Translations under genes and position numbers: made by a program
The notes under the pieces: model-generated
The model's database searches: none
Told to the model about the DNA's origin: nothing
What the model saw: the letters and a program-made list of their open reading frames with translations, nothing else
Assembly: GCA_001896555.1 (NCBI GenBank)
Contig: MPOS01000012.1
Location: 81,195-145,194, forward strand
Length of the DNA: 64,000 nt
Direction of reading: 5' to 3'
Source: Candidatus Phosphitivorax anaerolimi
Lineage (GTDB): Bacteria; Desulfobacterota; Desulfomonilia; UBA1062
Shown here: piece by piece, positions 56,075 to 64,000 of the stretch
How the letters are laid out: each line of letters opens with the position of its first letter
Position numbering within the stretch: position 1 is the stretch's first letter

Positions 56075-56962
56075 TCAGGCGAGCTGTGATGAGTCGTCGA
56101 CCCCGAGGGCCTCGTAGATCTTCAGGGTGGCGTTGGCGTTGTTCAGTGTATAGAAGTGAATACCCCGCGCATGGTTGTCGATGAGGTCGCGCACCTGCTC
56201 GGTGGCCCAGTGAATGCCGACCCGCTCGACAGACTCGTCGCTGCCGGCCCGCTGCACCGACTTCAGAAGGGCTGCGGGTATCCGTGCCCGTGCCGCGAGC
56301 TCGGCCATGCGGATCATGCCGCTGCGGGAAATGACGGGCATGATGCCCGCAATGATCGGGACCGTGATCCCGGCCAGCTCGCACCGCTCGCAGAAGTCGT
56401 AATAGTCGCGGTTGTCGAAGAAGAGCTGGGTGATAATGTAGTCCGCCCCTGCATCGACCTTGGCCTTGAGGTGCTCGATCTCCTGCAGGCGGTTTTTCGT
56501 TTCCGGATGCCCTTCGGGAAAGCCGGCCACTCCCACACACATATGCGGGAAGTGCTTCTTGATGAACGCGACGAGGTCGATCGCATAGCAGAACCCTTCG
56601 GGGCCTGCCTCCCAGCTGCTCTGCCCGAGGGGGGGGTCTCCCCGCAGGGCAAGAATGTTGTAGATCCCCTCGCTGTCGTAGCGCTCGAGAATGGCCATGA
56701 TGTCGCCTCTGGTGGCTTCGATGCAAGTGAGATGGGTGACAACCGTGAGGTCTGTCTCTTTCTTTATCCTCACCACCAGGTTGTGGGTATTCTCCCGGGT
56801 GGACCCGCCTGCGCCGTACGTCACGCTCACCCACGAGGGCTTCAGCGGGATGAGATCGGAGATCGTCAGAAAGAGCTTGTCCCATCCCCCGGGCGTCTTG
56901 GGTGGGAAGAACTCGAAGCTGAAGCTTGTTTTCTTCTCCTTGAGAATTTCTCGTACCAACAT
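56075..56962 (-). CDS. metF: Methylenetetrahydrofolate reductase
   Basis: FSFEFFPPKT, VTYGAGGSTR, ILALRGDPP and ITQLFFD. ATG 56962 has GAGGA upstream. Confidence 0.88.
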   Translation of the reverse strand: MLVREILKEKKTSFSFEFFPPKTPGGWDKLFLTISDLIPLKPSWVSVTYGAGGSTRENTHNLVVRIKKETDLTVVTHLTCIEATRGDIMAILERYDSEGIYNILALRGDPPLGQSSWEAGPEGFCYAIDLVAFIKKHFPHMCVGVAGFPEGHPETKNRLQEIEHLKAKVDAGADYIITQLFFDNRDYYDFCERCELAGITVPIIAGIMPVISRSGMIRMAELAARARIPAALLKSVQRAGSDESVERVGIHWATEQVRDLIDNHARGIHFYTLNNANATLKIYEALGVDDSSQLA

Positions 56963-57101
56963 GGTCCTCGTCAAAAATTATACTCTCTCATATCAACATA
57001 TGCATGAAGGTTTTTAGGTAGTAGAAATTTCACCCGAATGCAAGCGAATCATACGCCTTTTAATCGGTCCGGGGGCGGGCCCGCACAAAAAGACCTGTGC
57101 G

Positions 57102-57452
57102 CTAGATGATCTTGTCGAGCAATTTGGCGTACTTGTGAGGTATTTTCAATGGCTTGCCCACGAGGATGTCTTCCGCCAGGGTTTTCATCCACGCCCTCGA
57201 TACGGCAATGTCCCGGAAGATCACCATTGCCTCTTCTCCTTCGAAGACGATATCAAACCGGTTGATAGAAACCCGGATAGGGCTCGATTCGCCTTCGAGC
57301 AGCACCTCGATCTCGATCTTCCGGGCATGGGAGTCGAGGGTGATATCACGCAGTGTGCCGTATCGGCTGACTACCTGCCGGCCCAAGACCTCAAGCGTTT
57401 TGGAGAGCATCTTGTCCTTTCCCTGTCTGGCCAGGTCCTTGACGAGACTCAT
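57102..57452 (-). CDS. Hypothetical protein (116 aa)
   Basis: The ORF starts 6 nt after the upstream gene. No domain was recognised. Confidence 0.5.
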   Translation of the reverse strand: MSLVKDLARQGKDKMLSKTLEVLGRQVVSRYGTLRDITLDSHARKIEIEVLLEGESSPIRVSINRFDIVFEGEEAMVIFRDIAVSRAWMKTLAEDILVGKPLKIPHKYAKLLDKII

Positions 57453-57458
57453 CTTTAT

Positions 57459-58016
57459 TCAGATCTCCTTTTCCATTCCCGGTCGTGCGCCGGTCTGTTT
57501 CGTCGCCATGAGGAGCACCAGATACAGCGGCGCGAAAAGATCCACGCAGTCTGTCCGGCCCCCGGTGCGCACGTATTTGTCCGTCACGTTGTGAACGCTG
57601 CCCATCCACTCCTGAAGCTTGTGGTTGCCCGGCGCCTCGTTGATCAGTTCTTTGAACAGGAACATTCCCGACTCTACGATTGTTCTTTGGTCTTCTTTGC
57701 CGTAACGTTCGAATATCCGCTGGCCTGCCCGATGCAAGAGTGATTCTGCGTCAACGTCCTGCCCCCCTTCGCGGAGCTGCGAGATCAGGGGAACTGTACA
57801 GGCCGCCATGAAGCAGACACTTACCGAGCATTTCTCAATGGTGCTGTGTTCCGGATCCGGGATGTGGCCGGTCCCTGCCATCACGTTTTCGCAGATGGCG
57901 GCCAGGATGATCGTCAATGCCTCAGTCAGGCTGCGCACGGGCTGTGAATCGCACGGGCCGAGTATCCTGCTGGAGAGGTTCATGACACGGTCACGATAGG
58001 TTTTCTGCGTGCTCAC
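57459..58016 (-). CDS. Hypothetical protein (185 aa)
   Basis: The ORF starts 73 nt downstream of galE. Several Cys are present (GPCDS, AICEN, EKCSVSVCFMAAC), but no domain was recognised. Confidence 0.5.
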   Translation of the reverse strand: MSTQKTYRDRVMNLSSRILGPCDSQPVRSLTEALTIILAAICENVMAGTGHIPDPEHSTIEKCSVSVCFMAACTVPLISQLREGGQDVDAESLLHRAGQRIFERYGKEDQRTIVESGMFLFKELINEAPGNHKLQEWMGSVHNVTDKYVRTGGRTDCVDLFAPLYLVLLMATKQTGARPGMEKEI

Positions 58017-58089
58017 TGCACCTCCTTGGCAAGGAACGCCTCACAGGGCGGGGTATTCTGCCGGGATCACAGGCTCTTGCTCACCCTGC

Positions 58090-59100
58090 TCATGTATAAC
58101 CGTCCGGGTTGAGCGACTGCCATTTCCACGAGTCGGCACACATCTCGTCGATGCCGCGCAGGGCCTTCCACCCGAGCTCTTTCTGTGCCTTTGAAGGGTC
58201 TGCATAGCACGAGGCGATGTCGCCCGGGCGTCTTTCCGTGATCCGGTAGGGGATCTTCCGGCCCGATGCCTTCTCAAAGGCGCGGACCATCTCCAGGACG
58301 CTGTAGCCCCTGCCCGTGCCCAGGTTGTAGGTTACGACCCCGGGACGCTGCTCGATTTTTTTCAGCGCGTGGATATGCCCTGCGGCGAGGTCTACGACAT
58401 GGATATAGTCGCGCACCCCGGTGCCGTCAACCGTGGGGTAGTCGTTTCCGAACACGTTGAGCTGCTCTCGTTTGCCGATCGCCACCTGGGAGATGAACGG
58501 CATGAGGTTGTTGGGGATGTCGTTGGGGTCCTCCCCGATGAGACCGCTCGTATGGGCGCCCACGGGGTTGAAGTATCTGAGCAGGGCGATGTTCCAGCCC
58601 GGATCGGATACAAAGAGATCGCGGAGAATCTCCTCGATCATGAGCTTGGAGCGCCCGTAGGGGTTGGTGGCGCGCAAGGGGAAGTCCTCTCTGATCGGAA
58701 CCGTGTCCGGCTCGCCGTACACGGTTGCGGAAGAGCTGAACACCAGGTTTCTGACCCCGTGCTCCTTCATGACCTCACACAGGATCAGGGTTCCGGTGAC
58801 ATTGTTGTGGTAGTAGCGCAGGGGCATGCTCACCGATTCCCCTACCGCCTTGAGGCCGGCGAAATGGATGACGGCATGGAACGCCCCGTGAGCAAAGACC
58901 GAGGAAAGGCCGTCTCTGTCCAACAGGTCAACCTGGTAAAAGGCAGGGGGCCGGCCCGTTATCCTTTCCACCCTTTGCAGTGATTCTTTCTTGGAATTGG
59001 AGAGATTGTCCACGACTGTCACGTCATACCCTGCATTCAGAAGCTCCACGCAGGTATGGCTTCCGATGTATCCCGCTCCTCCAGTGACCAGCACGTTCAT
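58090..59100 (-). CDS. galE: UDP-glucose 4-epimerase
   Basis: 336 aa from [15 protein letters not shown]. Catalytic blocks are SSSATVYG and NPYGRSK, plus YFNPVGAH. The 268 upstream in-frame codons of the track ORF were discarded. Confidence 0.9.
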   Translation of the reverse strand: MNVLVTGGAGYIGSHTCVELLNAGYDVTVVDNLSNSKKESLQRVERITGRPPAFYQVDLLDRDGLSSVFAHGAFHAVIHFAGLKAVGESVSMPLRYYHNNVTGTLILCEVMKEHGVRNLVFSSSATVYGEPDTVPIREDFPLRATNPYGRSKLMIEEILRDLFVSDPGWNIALLRYFNPVGAHTSGLIGEDPNDIPNNLMPFISQVAIGKREQLNVFGNDYPTVDGTGVRDYIHVVDLAAGHIHALKKIEQRPGVVTYNLGTGRGYSVLEMVRAFEKASGRKIPYRITERRPGDIASCYADPSKAQKELGWKALRGIDEMCADSWKWQSLNPDGYT

Positions 59101-59444
59101 AGGTTCTATCCCCAGTCTCGTATAAGGTTGAGCGCCTGCTCCGTGATTTTCTCTGGTGCAGGAAGCGGTTTCCTTTTCCCACATTTTCCTGCTCAAGTCA
59201 AAGAGGTATGGGTCTCCTGGGCTTGAGAGGGCACGATCGGATATGTCCCCGGCAGCAGCGCCATGGTGAGCGAACCCGGGTGCGAAAGCCCGCGAAAACC
59301 CGGTCAGAGGAGCCTTCGGGCGGGGGCTTGTCCGGGTCGGGCAAGACTGCGCGGCGTCTGGTACTACAGTGGAGATCATCCACAAATCAAGGGGGCAGGC
59401 CTCAACCTGATCCTGATCTTCTGTCAAACTCCACCGCCACAGGA

Positions 59445-61592
59445 CTAGGGGGCGACATTGAGCTGGTTTACGGCAATTCCCTTCGGGGGAGAATCCGCCG
59501 GGACCTGCATGCGCATGAAGTCCGCCAGGATGCGGGCGCTCTCCATCAGTACCGGATCTTCCGGGCCTTTGCTTTTTCGGGATTCTCCCTGGAGCTCCTT
59601 TTTCTCCTCGTCCTTGATGATGGCTTCCAGGTCTTCCAGAAGGGGCTTGCCCTTGGCGTTTCTGAGGCGGTTTTCCAGCTCGAGGCGTTTCTGTCGCACT
59701 TGTTTCTGGTCCTGGATGCGCACGGCCCGATTGAGAGACACCTCGGTCTTGGACCGGACCTGCGCCAGGTGCTCGGTCATGTCCTTGAGATAGAGATAAT
59801 CCGGGTCGGTTTCCATGCGCTTGAGATGCATGTCGTTGAGCAGCGGGATCAGCGGCGCGAAGTTCTTGTACTGCCGGTGGGAGGTTCCTGTGATCGTATC
59901 CCACGGCAGGGCGCTGTCGAGACAGTCTTCGCCGATCTTTTTCCTGTCGTAGAGGCTGGGGTAGATGATATCCGGGGTTATCCCGCGATGCTGGGTACTG
60001 GCCCCGGAGATCCGGTAGAACTTCGCCGAGGTGAGCTTGAGCTGGCCGTGATTCAGGGATATGAGGCTCTGAACCGTACCCTTGCCGAAGGTATCCTCGC
60101 CGATGATCAGCCCCCTCCCATAGTCCTGGATCGCCCCTGCGAAGATCTCCGAGGCAGAGGCGCTCAGGCGGTTCACCACCACGGCCAGGGGGCCGTCCCA
60201 GAATATGCGGGGATCGCTGTCATAGAGCTTTTCCACCTTGTTGTTTGCATACCGGATCTGGACGATGGGCCCCTGTTCGATGAACAGGCCGGTCAGCGTG
60301 CTTGCCTCCTGGAGAGAGCCCCCGCCGTTGTCACGCAGGTCGATGATGATTCCCTGCACCTGGGCTTCTTTGAGCTCTGCCAGGAGCCTTTTGACATCCC
60401 TGGTCGTGCTCCGGAAATCATCCCTGCCGGCGTTTACGGCATCGAAATCGAGATAAAAGGTGGGAATGATGATGACGCCGATCCGGTACTCCTTTTCGCC
60501 GTCTTCCACGGTGAGGATCTCCTTGTGGGCGGCCTGCTCCTCGAGCTTGACCGTGTTGCGTACGATGGAGATGATCTTGGTCTGGGTGTCGTCCGCGGCA
60601 TCAGAGGGAATGATCTTCAGCCGCACGGTTGTCTCTTTCGGCCCGCGTATGAGGGCTACGACATCGTCGAGCCGCCAGCCCACCACATCTACGATCTCGC
60701 CGTCTTCGCCCTGCCCGACACCGACGATGCGGTCGTCCGGCTTGAGCTCTCCCGCCTTGTCTGCAGGACCTGCGGGGATCAGGCGCACCACCTTGACAAA
60801 ATCGTTCTCCACCCCGAGCATGGCCCCGATGCCTTCAAGGGAAAGGCTCATGTCGATGGAGAAGTTTTCAGACTGCCGGGGAGAGAAATACTGGCTATGG
60901 GGGTCAAAGGTCTGCGTGAAGGCGTTCATGAACAGCTGGAAGACATCCTCGCTCTTGGTCTGAGCGGCGCGGTTGAGCTGACTCCGGTAGCGCTTGGAAA
61001 GCGTATCCCGTACTTCCGCTATGGGCTTGTCGTCCAGCAGAAGGGTCAGGATGTCGCTCTTGACGCCCTTGCGCCACAGGTCCTGAAGCTCCTCTCTGTT
61101 CTTCGGCCATGGATCGTCCTTCCGGTCTGCATCGAGGAATTCGTCTTCATCGAACGTGATGTCTTCGATTCCTGACTCCACCATACGGGCCATGAAGATC
61201 AGCCGCTCCACCAGACGCTGTTGATAGCGATTGTAGATCGTAAACACCGGTTTCAAGTCTCCTGACTTCAGCAGGTCGTCCAGCCTGAACCGGTACTGCT
61301 CGAATTCCCGGATGTCGGATGCCAGGAAAAAACTCCGCTGGGGGTCGAGCCCGGAGAGAAAGTTGTCGAGAATCTTCGCGGAAAGTTCGTCATCTATGGA
61401 CGGCTTGAGGTAGTGTGCATTCCTGACGTATTTCAGAATCTCCTTATCCGCCTTCTGATGAATCTTCATCGGGGAGAGCGGCGTGAGGTATTTCTCAGCT
61501 ACCAGCGGCTCGGGCGCGGAGGAGAGGGGAAGGGTTGCGAAGAGAAGCGAAAAACAGATGAGGACGATAGGCACCGCTATGATTTTTTTCAT
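59445..61592 (-). CDS. prc: Tail-specific (C-terminal processing) protease, S41 family
   Basis: 715 aa. A signal peptide is followed by a PDZ region ([21 protein letters not shown]). The catalytic block is [27 protein letters not shown], and [10 protein letters not shown] is present. Confidence 0.88.
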   Translation of the reverse strand: MKKIIAVPIVLICFSLLFATLPLSSAPEPLVAEKYLTPLSPMKIHQKADKEILKYVRNAHYLKPSIDDELSAKILDNFLSGLDPQRSFFLASDIREFEQYRFRLDDLLKSGDLKPVFTIYNRYQQRLVERLIFMARMVESGIEDITFDEDEFLDADRKDDPWPKNREELQDLWRKGVKSDILTLLLDDKPIAEVRDTLSKRYRSQLNRAAQTKSEDVFQLFMNAFTQTFDPHSQYFSPRQSENFSIDMSLSLEGIGAMLGVENDFVKVVRLIPAGPADKAGELKPDDRIVGVGQGEDGEIVDVVGWRLDDVVALIRGPKETTVRLKIIPSDAADDTQTKIISIVRNTVKLEEQAAHKEILTVEDGEKEYRIGVIIIPTFYLDFDAVNAGRDDFRSTTRDVKRLLAELKEAQVQGIIIDLRDNGGGSLQEASTLTGLFIEQGPIVQIRYANNKVEKLYDSDPRIFWDGPLAVVVNRLSASASEIFAGAIQDYGRGLIIGEDTFGKGTVQSLISLNHGQLKLTSAKFYRISGASTQHRGITPDIIYPSLYDRKKIGEDCLDSALPWDTITGTSHRQYKNFAPLIPLLNDMHLKRMETDPDYLYLKDMTEHLAQVRSKTEVSLNRAVRIQDQKQVRQKRLELENRLRNAKGKPLLEDLEAIIKDEEKKELQGESRKSKGPEDPVLMESARILADFMRMQVPADSPPKGIAVNQLNVAP

Positions 61593-61682
61593 GAAAACTC
61601 ACAATCTCATTATTTTTCAGTCTTATATATCAAGGCTGAGGGAAAAACACAATGGGGGGCCGCCTGCCTTTGCGGCGGGAGG

Positions 61683-61703
61683 AATGTGAACCCGTCACTG
61701 AGA
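61683..61703 (-). repeat. Solo copy of the dispersed motif (..GTGACGGGTTCACATT on the minus strand)
   Basis: AATGTGAACCCGTC (61683-61696) is identical to 5653-5666. It starts 5 codons after, and in frame with, the TAG of the lipoprotein gene, and lies about 90 nt upstream of the prc start. Confidence 0.6.
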
Positions 61704-61708
61704 AGAGC

Positions 61709-62305
61709 CTATTGGGAGATGTCTTTGCCGGTGAGGGTGCGCAGCAGCGTGATCCCCATGGAGAACGAGGGGTTTGCGTGGGCCGCTACCTGGGTGAAAA
61801 TGTCAGGAGAGTCTTCGTATATGGCCTGGATGATGCGCGCTTTCTTCTCCTGAGAGAACGCGGGAGACCATACCGTTTGTTTTTCAGAGGCGATCCCGAG
61901 CATGACATCGCCCAAGGTGAATGTCCTGTTTTCCTGAATTACCGGGAAGGTGATCCGAATATACGCATGGGTCAACTGGGGGGCAACCTGCTCGAAATAG
62001 ATTTTTTCGAGGGTGAGCCAGTTGTGAGCGTCTGCGGTGACGGTGTTCAGGAACACCTGGATGGGGAACTCCGCGGTAAAGACCACCATGGGCCGGTTCG
62101 CTTCATACTGGATGCGATCCCAGGAGGTGTTGACAAAGTGGGAACACCTGTCGAAGGCCGTGCCGATCGCTGTCTCGTAGTTTCCGTAGACGCCTTTTTT
62201 TACGAGAATGATATCGCTTCGTTTACAGCCTGCCGCCAGCAGTGCCCATACGATACAGAAAAGGGCCATGCATGCCCTGTATGGATAACGGGTGTCACGG
62301 CGCAT
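61709..62305 (-). CDS. Hypothetical lipoprotein
   Basis: The lipobox ALLAAGC follows MRRDTRYPYRACMALFCIVW. The start (62305, 62329 or 62269) is uncertain. No domain was recognised. Confidence 0.55.
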   Translation of the reverse strand: MRRDTRYPYRACMALFCIVWALLAAGCKRSDIILVKKGVYGNYETAIGTAFDRCSHFVNTSWDRIQYEANRPMVVFTAEFPIQVFLNTVTADAHNWLTLEKIYFEQVAPQLTHAYIRITFPVIQENRTFTLGDVMLGIASEKQTVWSPAFSQEKKARIIQAIYEDSPDIFTQVAAHANPSFSMGITLLRTLTGKDISQ

Positions 62306-62676
62306 TCTATCGACCTCCTTCACACTCACTTCACAGTCGTGCTCCCCAAAGGAGTGAAGTGCAAGGCTGTCATTAAGGAGCAGACCGTCGAATGCCCAAG
62401 GCCGGTGAGCCGCTTCAAGACCGGCGCCGCCCGTTTCTGTGCAATTGGAAGCTTCTGTGCGACGTGTCTGCGCGATTCACCCGGCAATCGGGCGAGAACC
62501 CATATAATCACAAGTAAGACGCTGATAGCATACAATCATTTTCGGATCAAGGATCATCCCGCAAACCGGGAACCGTACAGCGGTCATGGGGACAGGTCTC
62601 TGTGGTCCCGGTTCTCTGATCACAATCCCATGGTAGTGAAAGCCAATCGCCTCGATCAGGAAAACCGAAGCGAGGA

Positions 62677-63000
62677 TTACCCGCTCACCTCGTCGATCCA
62701 TCTCAGATACGCAGCCGAACCCCTGTCTATGGGTATGCTGACGATCTCCGGGACCTCATAGCTGTGGTTGTCGCTGATGATTTTTTCGATCTTCTCATAG
62801 GCATCCGCCCGGGCCTTGATAATGAGAAGCTGCTCGGGCTCGGTTTTCACCTCACCCTTCCATTCGTAACAGCTGGTGATTTCGGTTATCTGGACGCACG
62901 CCGCCGCATGACCGCGGACGAGCAGAGAGGCCAGACGGTAAGCCTCTTCGCGGGTCGGGCAGGTGGTCAGAACCATACGGTATCCTTCTGTTCCAGTCAT
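62677..63000 (-). CDS. cutA: Divalent-cation tolerance protein CutA
   Basis: 107 aa. VLTTCPTREEA..AACVQI..SCYEWKGEV..E..LIIK..YEVPEIVSIPI matches CutA1. AAGGAGG lies upstream. Confidence 0.85.
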   Translation of the reverse strand: MTGTEGYRMVLTTCPTREEAYRLASLLVRGHAAACVQITEITSCYEWKGEVKTEPEQLLIIKARADAYEKIEKIISDNHSYEVPEIVSIPIDRGSAAYLRWIDEVSG

Positions 63001-63166
63001 GGGCGCCTCCTTTTTATCAGTATTCTTTTTCTTTTCTTCTCTACTCCTCGAAGATGTCCCCGGGCCACCGAGGGAAAATCGGATGTAGCCGGGGGATGGG
63101 CAAAACCGCTGCGTTCACGCCGCCTCGTCTCATGGATGTTTCCTGTCCGGTCTGGCGAGGATCTGT

Positions 63167-63952
63167 TCAGCCGCCGATCCGATACTCTTTAGGCAAAAAC
63201 AGGCGGGTAATCATGTCGCCGAGGCCCGGGGCAAGGTGGTAGGCGGCACTCAGAAACTTGGGAAGGATGGCCGTATCCGCCTCGGTCTTCCCTCTCTTAA
63301 TGGCCCGGATTATCGCACGGGCGCACTGCTGCGGGCTCTGTGCAGGTGAGTTGGCAAGCACCGGCTCGAGGTCTTTCATGTCCGTGTTCACCACCGTGGG
63401 AAAAACCGTGAGCACCCGGACGCCCGTGCCATACAGCTCCTGGCGCAGGGTCGCGCTGAATGCCGCCACTGCCCACTTTGAACACGCATAGACCCCGAGA
63501 TAGGGAAAGGGGGTGCGTACGATGATACTCGCGATATTCACCAGTAGCCCGCGACTCTTTTTGAGATGGGGCAGCGCGGCTAAGGTGCAGCGCACGGTTC
63601 CCAGCAGGTTTGTCTCCATCACCCTCCGGTAGTCGTCAGGGGTGGCCTCCTCAAGGGACCTTTCCAGGGTGACCCCTGCAATGTTCATGAATACGTCGAT
63701 GCCTCCCAGTGCCTCTACGGCCCGGTCCACCATGCTCCGGACCTGCCTGTCATGGGTCACATCGCAGGGAAGCAGGATGCATGATGATCCGTGTTCGCTG
63801 ACTGCCCGGGCTGTCTCCGTGAGCTTTTCGCCGTCACGGGCCGCGATCCCGATCCTCGCCCCCTCCTTTGCGAGTTCCTGCGCCACGGCCTTGCCTATTC
63901 CTCGGCTCCCGCCGGTCAGAACCACAGCCTTGCCCTGAAGATCGTATTTCAT
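63167..63952 (-). CDS. Short-chain dehydrogenase/reductase (SDR)
   Basis: ATG 63952 has GAGGAGGGAGG upstream. Motifs are VVLTGGSRGIGKAVA, NIAG and catalytic YACSKWAV. Confidence 0.85.
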   Translation of the reverse strand: MKYDLQGKAVVLTGGSRGIGKAVAQELAKEGARIGIAARDGEKLTETARAVSEHGSSCILLPCDVTHDRQVRSMVDRAVEALGGIDVFMNIAGVTLERSLEEATPDDYRRVMETNLLGTVRCTLAALPHLKKSRGLLVNIASIIVRTPFPYLGVYACSKWAVAAFSATLRQELYGTGVRVLTVFPTVVNTDMKDLEPVLANSPAQSPQQCARAIIRAIKRGKTEADTAILPKFLSAAYHLAPGLGDMITRLFLPKEYRIGG

Positions 63953-64000
63953 GCCTCCCTCCTCATCGTTCATTTTCCAGGTGCTGTTCCCACCTTCGAT

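Noticed and set aside
59101-59904. N-terminal 268-codon extension of the galE frame (track ORF 58090..59904)
   Set aside because: The extension is Arg/Pro/Gly-rich nonsense. GalE begins at the canonical [15 protein letters not shown], and the extension overlaps the 3' end of prc.
59208-62761. 655-aa and 369-aa plus-strand ORFs (59208..61175 and 61652..62761)
   Set aside because: They are antisense to prc and to the lipoprotein gene. No motifs were found, so they are shadow ORFs.
1-64000. Search for CRISPR arrays, tRNA/rRNA/tmRNA/RNase P/SRP signatures, IS elements, integrases, toxin-antitoxin pairs, reverse transcriptases
   Set aside because: I found no regularly spaced direct repeats, T-loop GGTTCGAATCC-type motifs, conserved RNase P or SRP boxes, DDE or tyrosine recombinase motifs, or RT YxDD motif. 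This by-eye negative is weak evidence; tRNAscan-SE, Infernal and ISfinder should be run.

Overview
GC-rich (by eye about 60% G+C) bacterial chromosomal segment with about 58 tightly packed protein-coding genes. I recognised no rRNA, tRNA, CRISPR array, transposase, integrase or phage gene. The content is mostly core metabolism and signalling. It includes recB (5' truncated) and recD, a CBM48 protein with glgX, a NOX/Fre-like ferric-reductase flavocytochrome and a 1541-aa nine-PAS hybrid histidine kinase. It also has trpS, a Liv-type ABC importer operon ending in an acyl-CoA ligase, nnr, a PPi-type phosphofructokinase, xni, metF, galE, prc, cutA, several redox enzymes, and HD-GYP and HDOD signalling proteins. 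The gene mix suggests an anaerobic Desulfobacterota-like organism, but that is inference only. Genes 42023-63973 all lie on the minus strand. Five things deserve a second look. (1) An adjacent clostripain-family (C11) lipoprotein peptidase and an inhibitory-type serpin may be a cognate cross-class protease/inhibitor module. (2) A roughly 20-nt motif TTCGGGGAYGGGTTCACATT occurs four times. Two copies form a perfect 15-bp inverted repeat around a non-coding element of about 280 nt. Two others sit 4-5 codons after stop codons. (3) An 821-nt ORF-poor spacer upstream of glgX carries repeated 8-mers and mutually exclusive hairpins. (4) A 53-codon Cys-rich ORF with a strong Shine-Dalgarno is missing from the ORF track. 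(5) Several hypothetical gene pairs have no recognisable domains. All calls rest on motif recognition by eye; no database search was possible.
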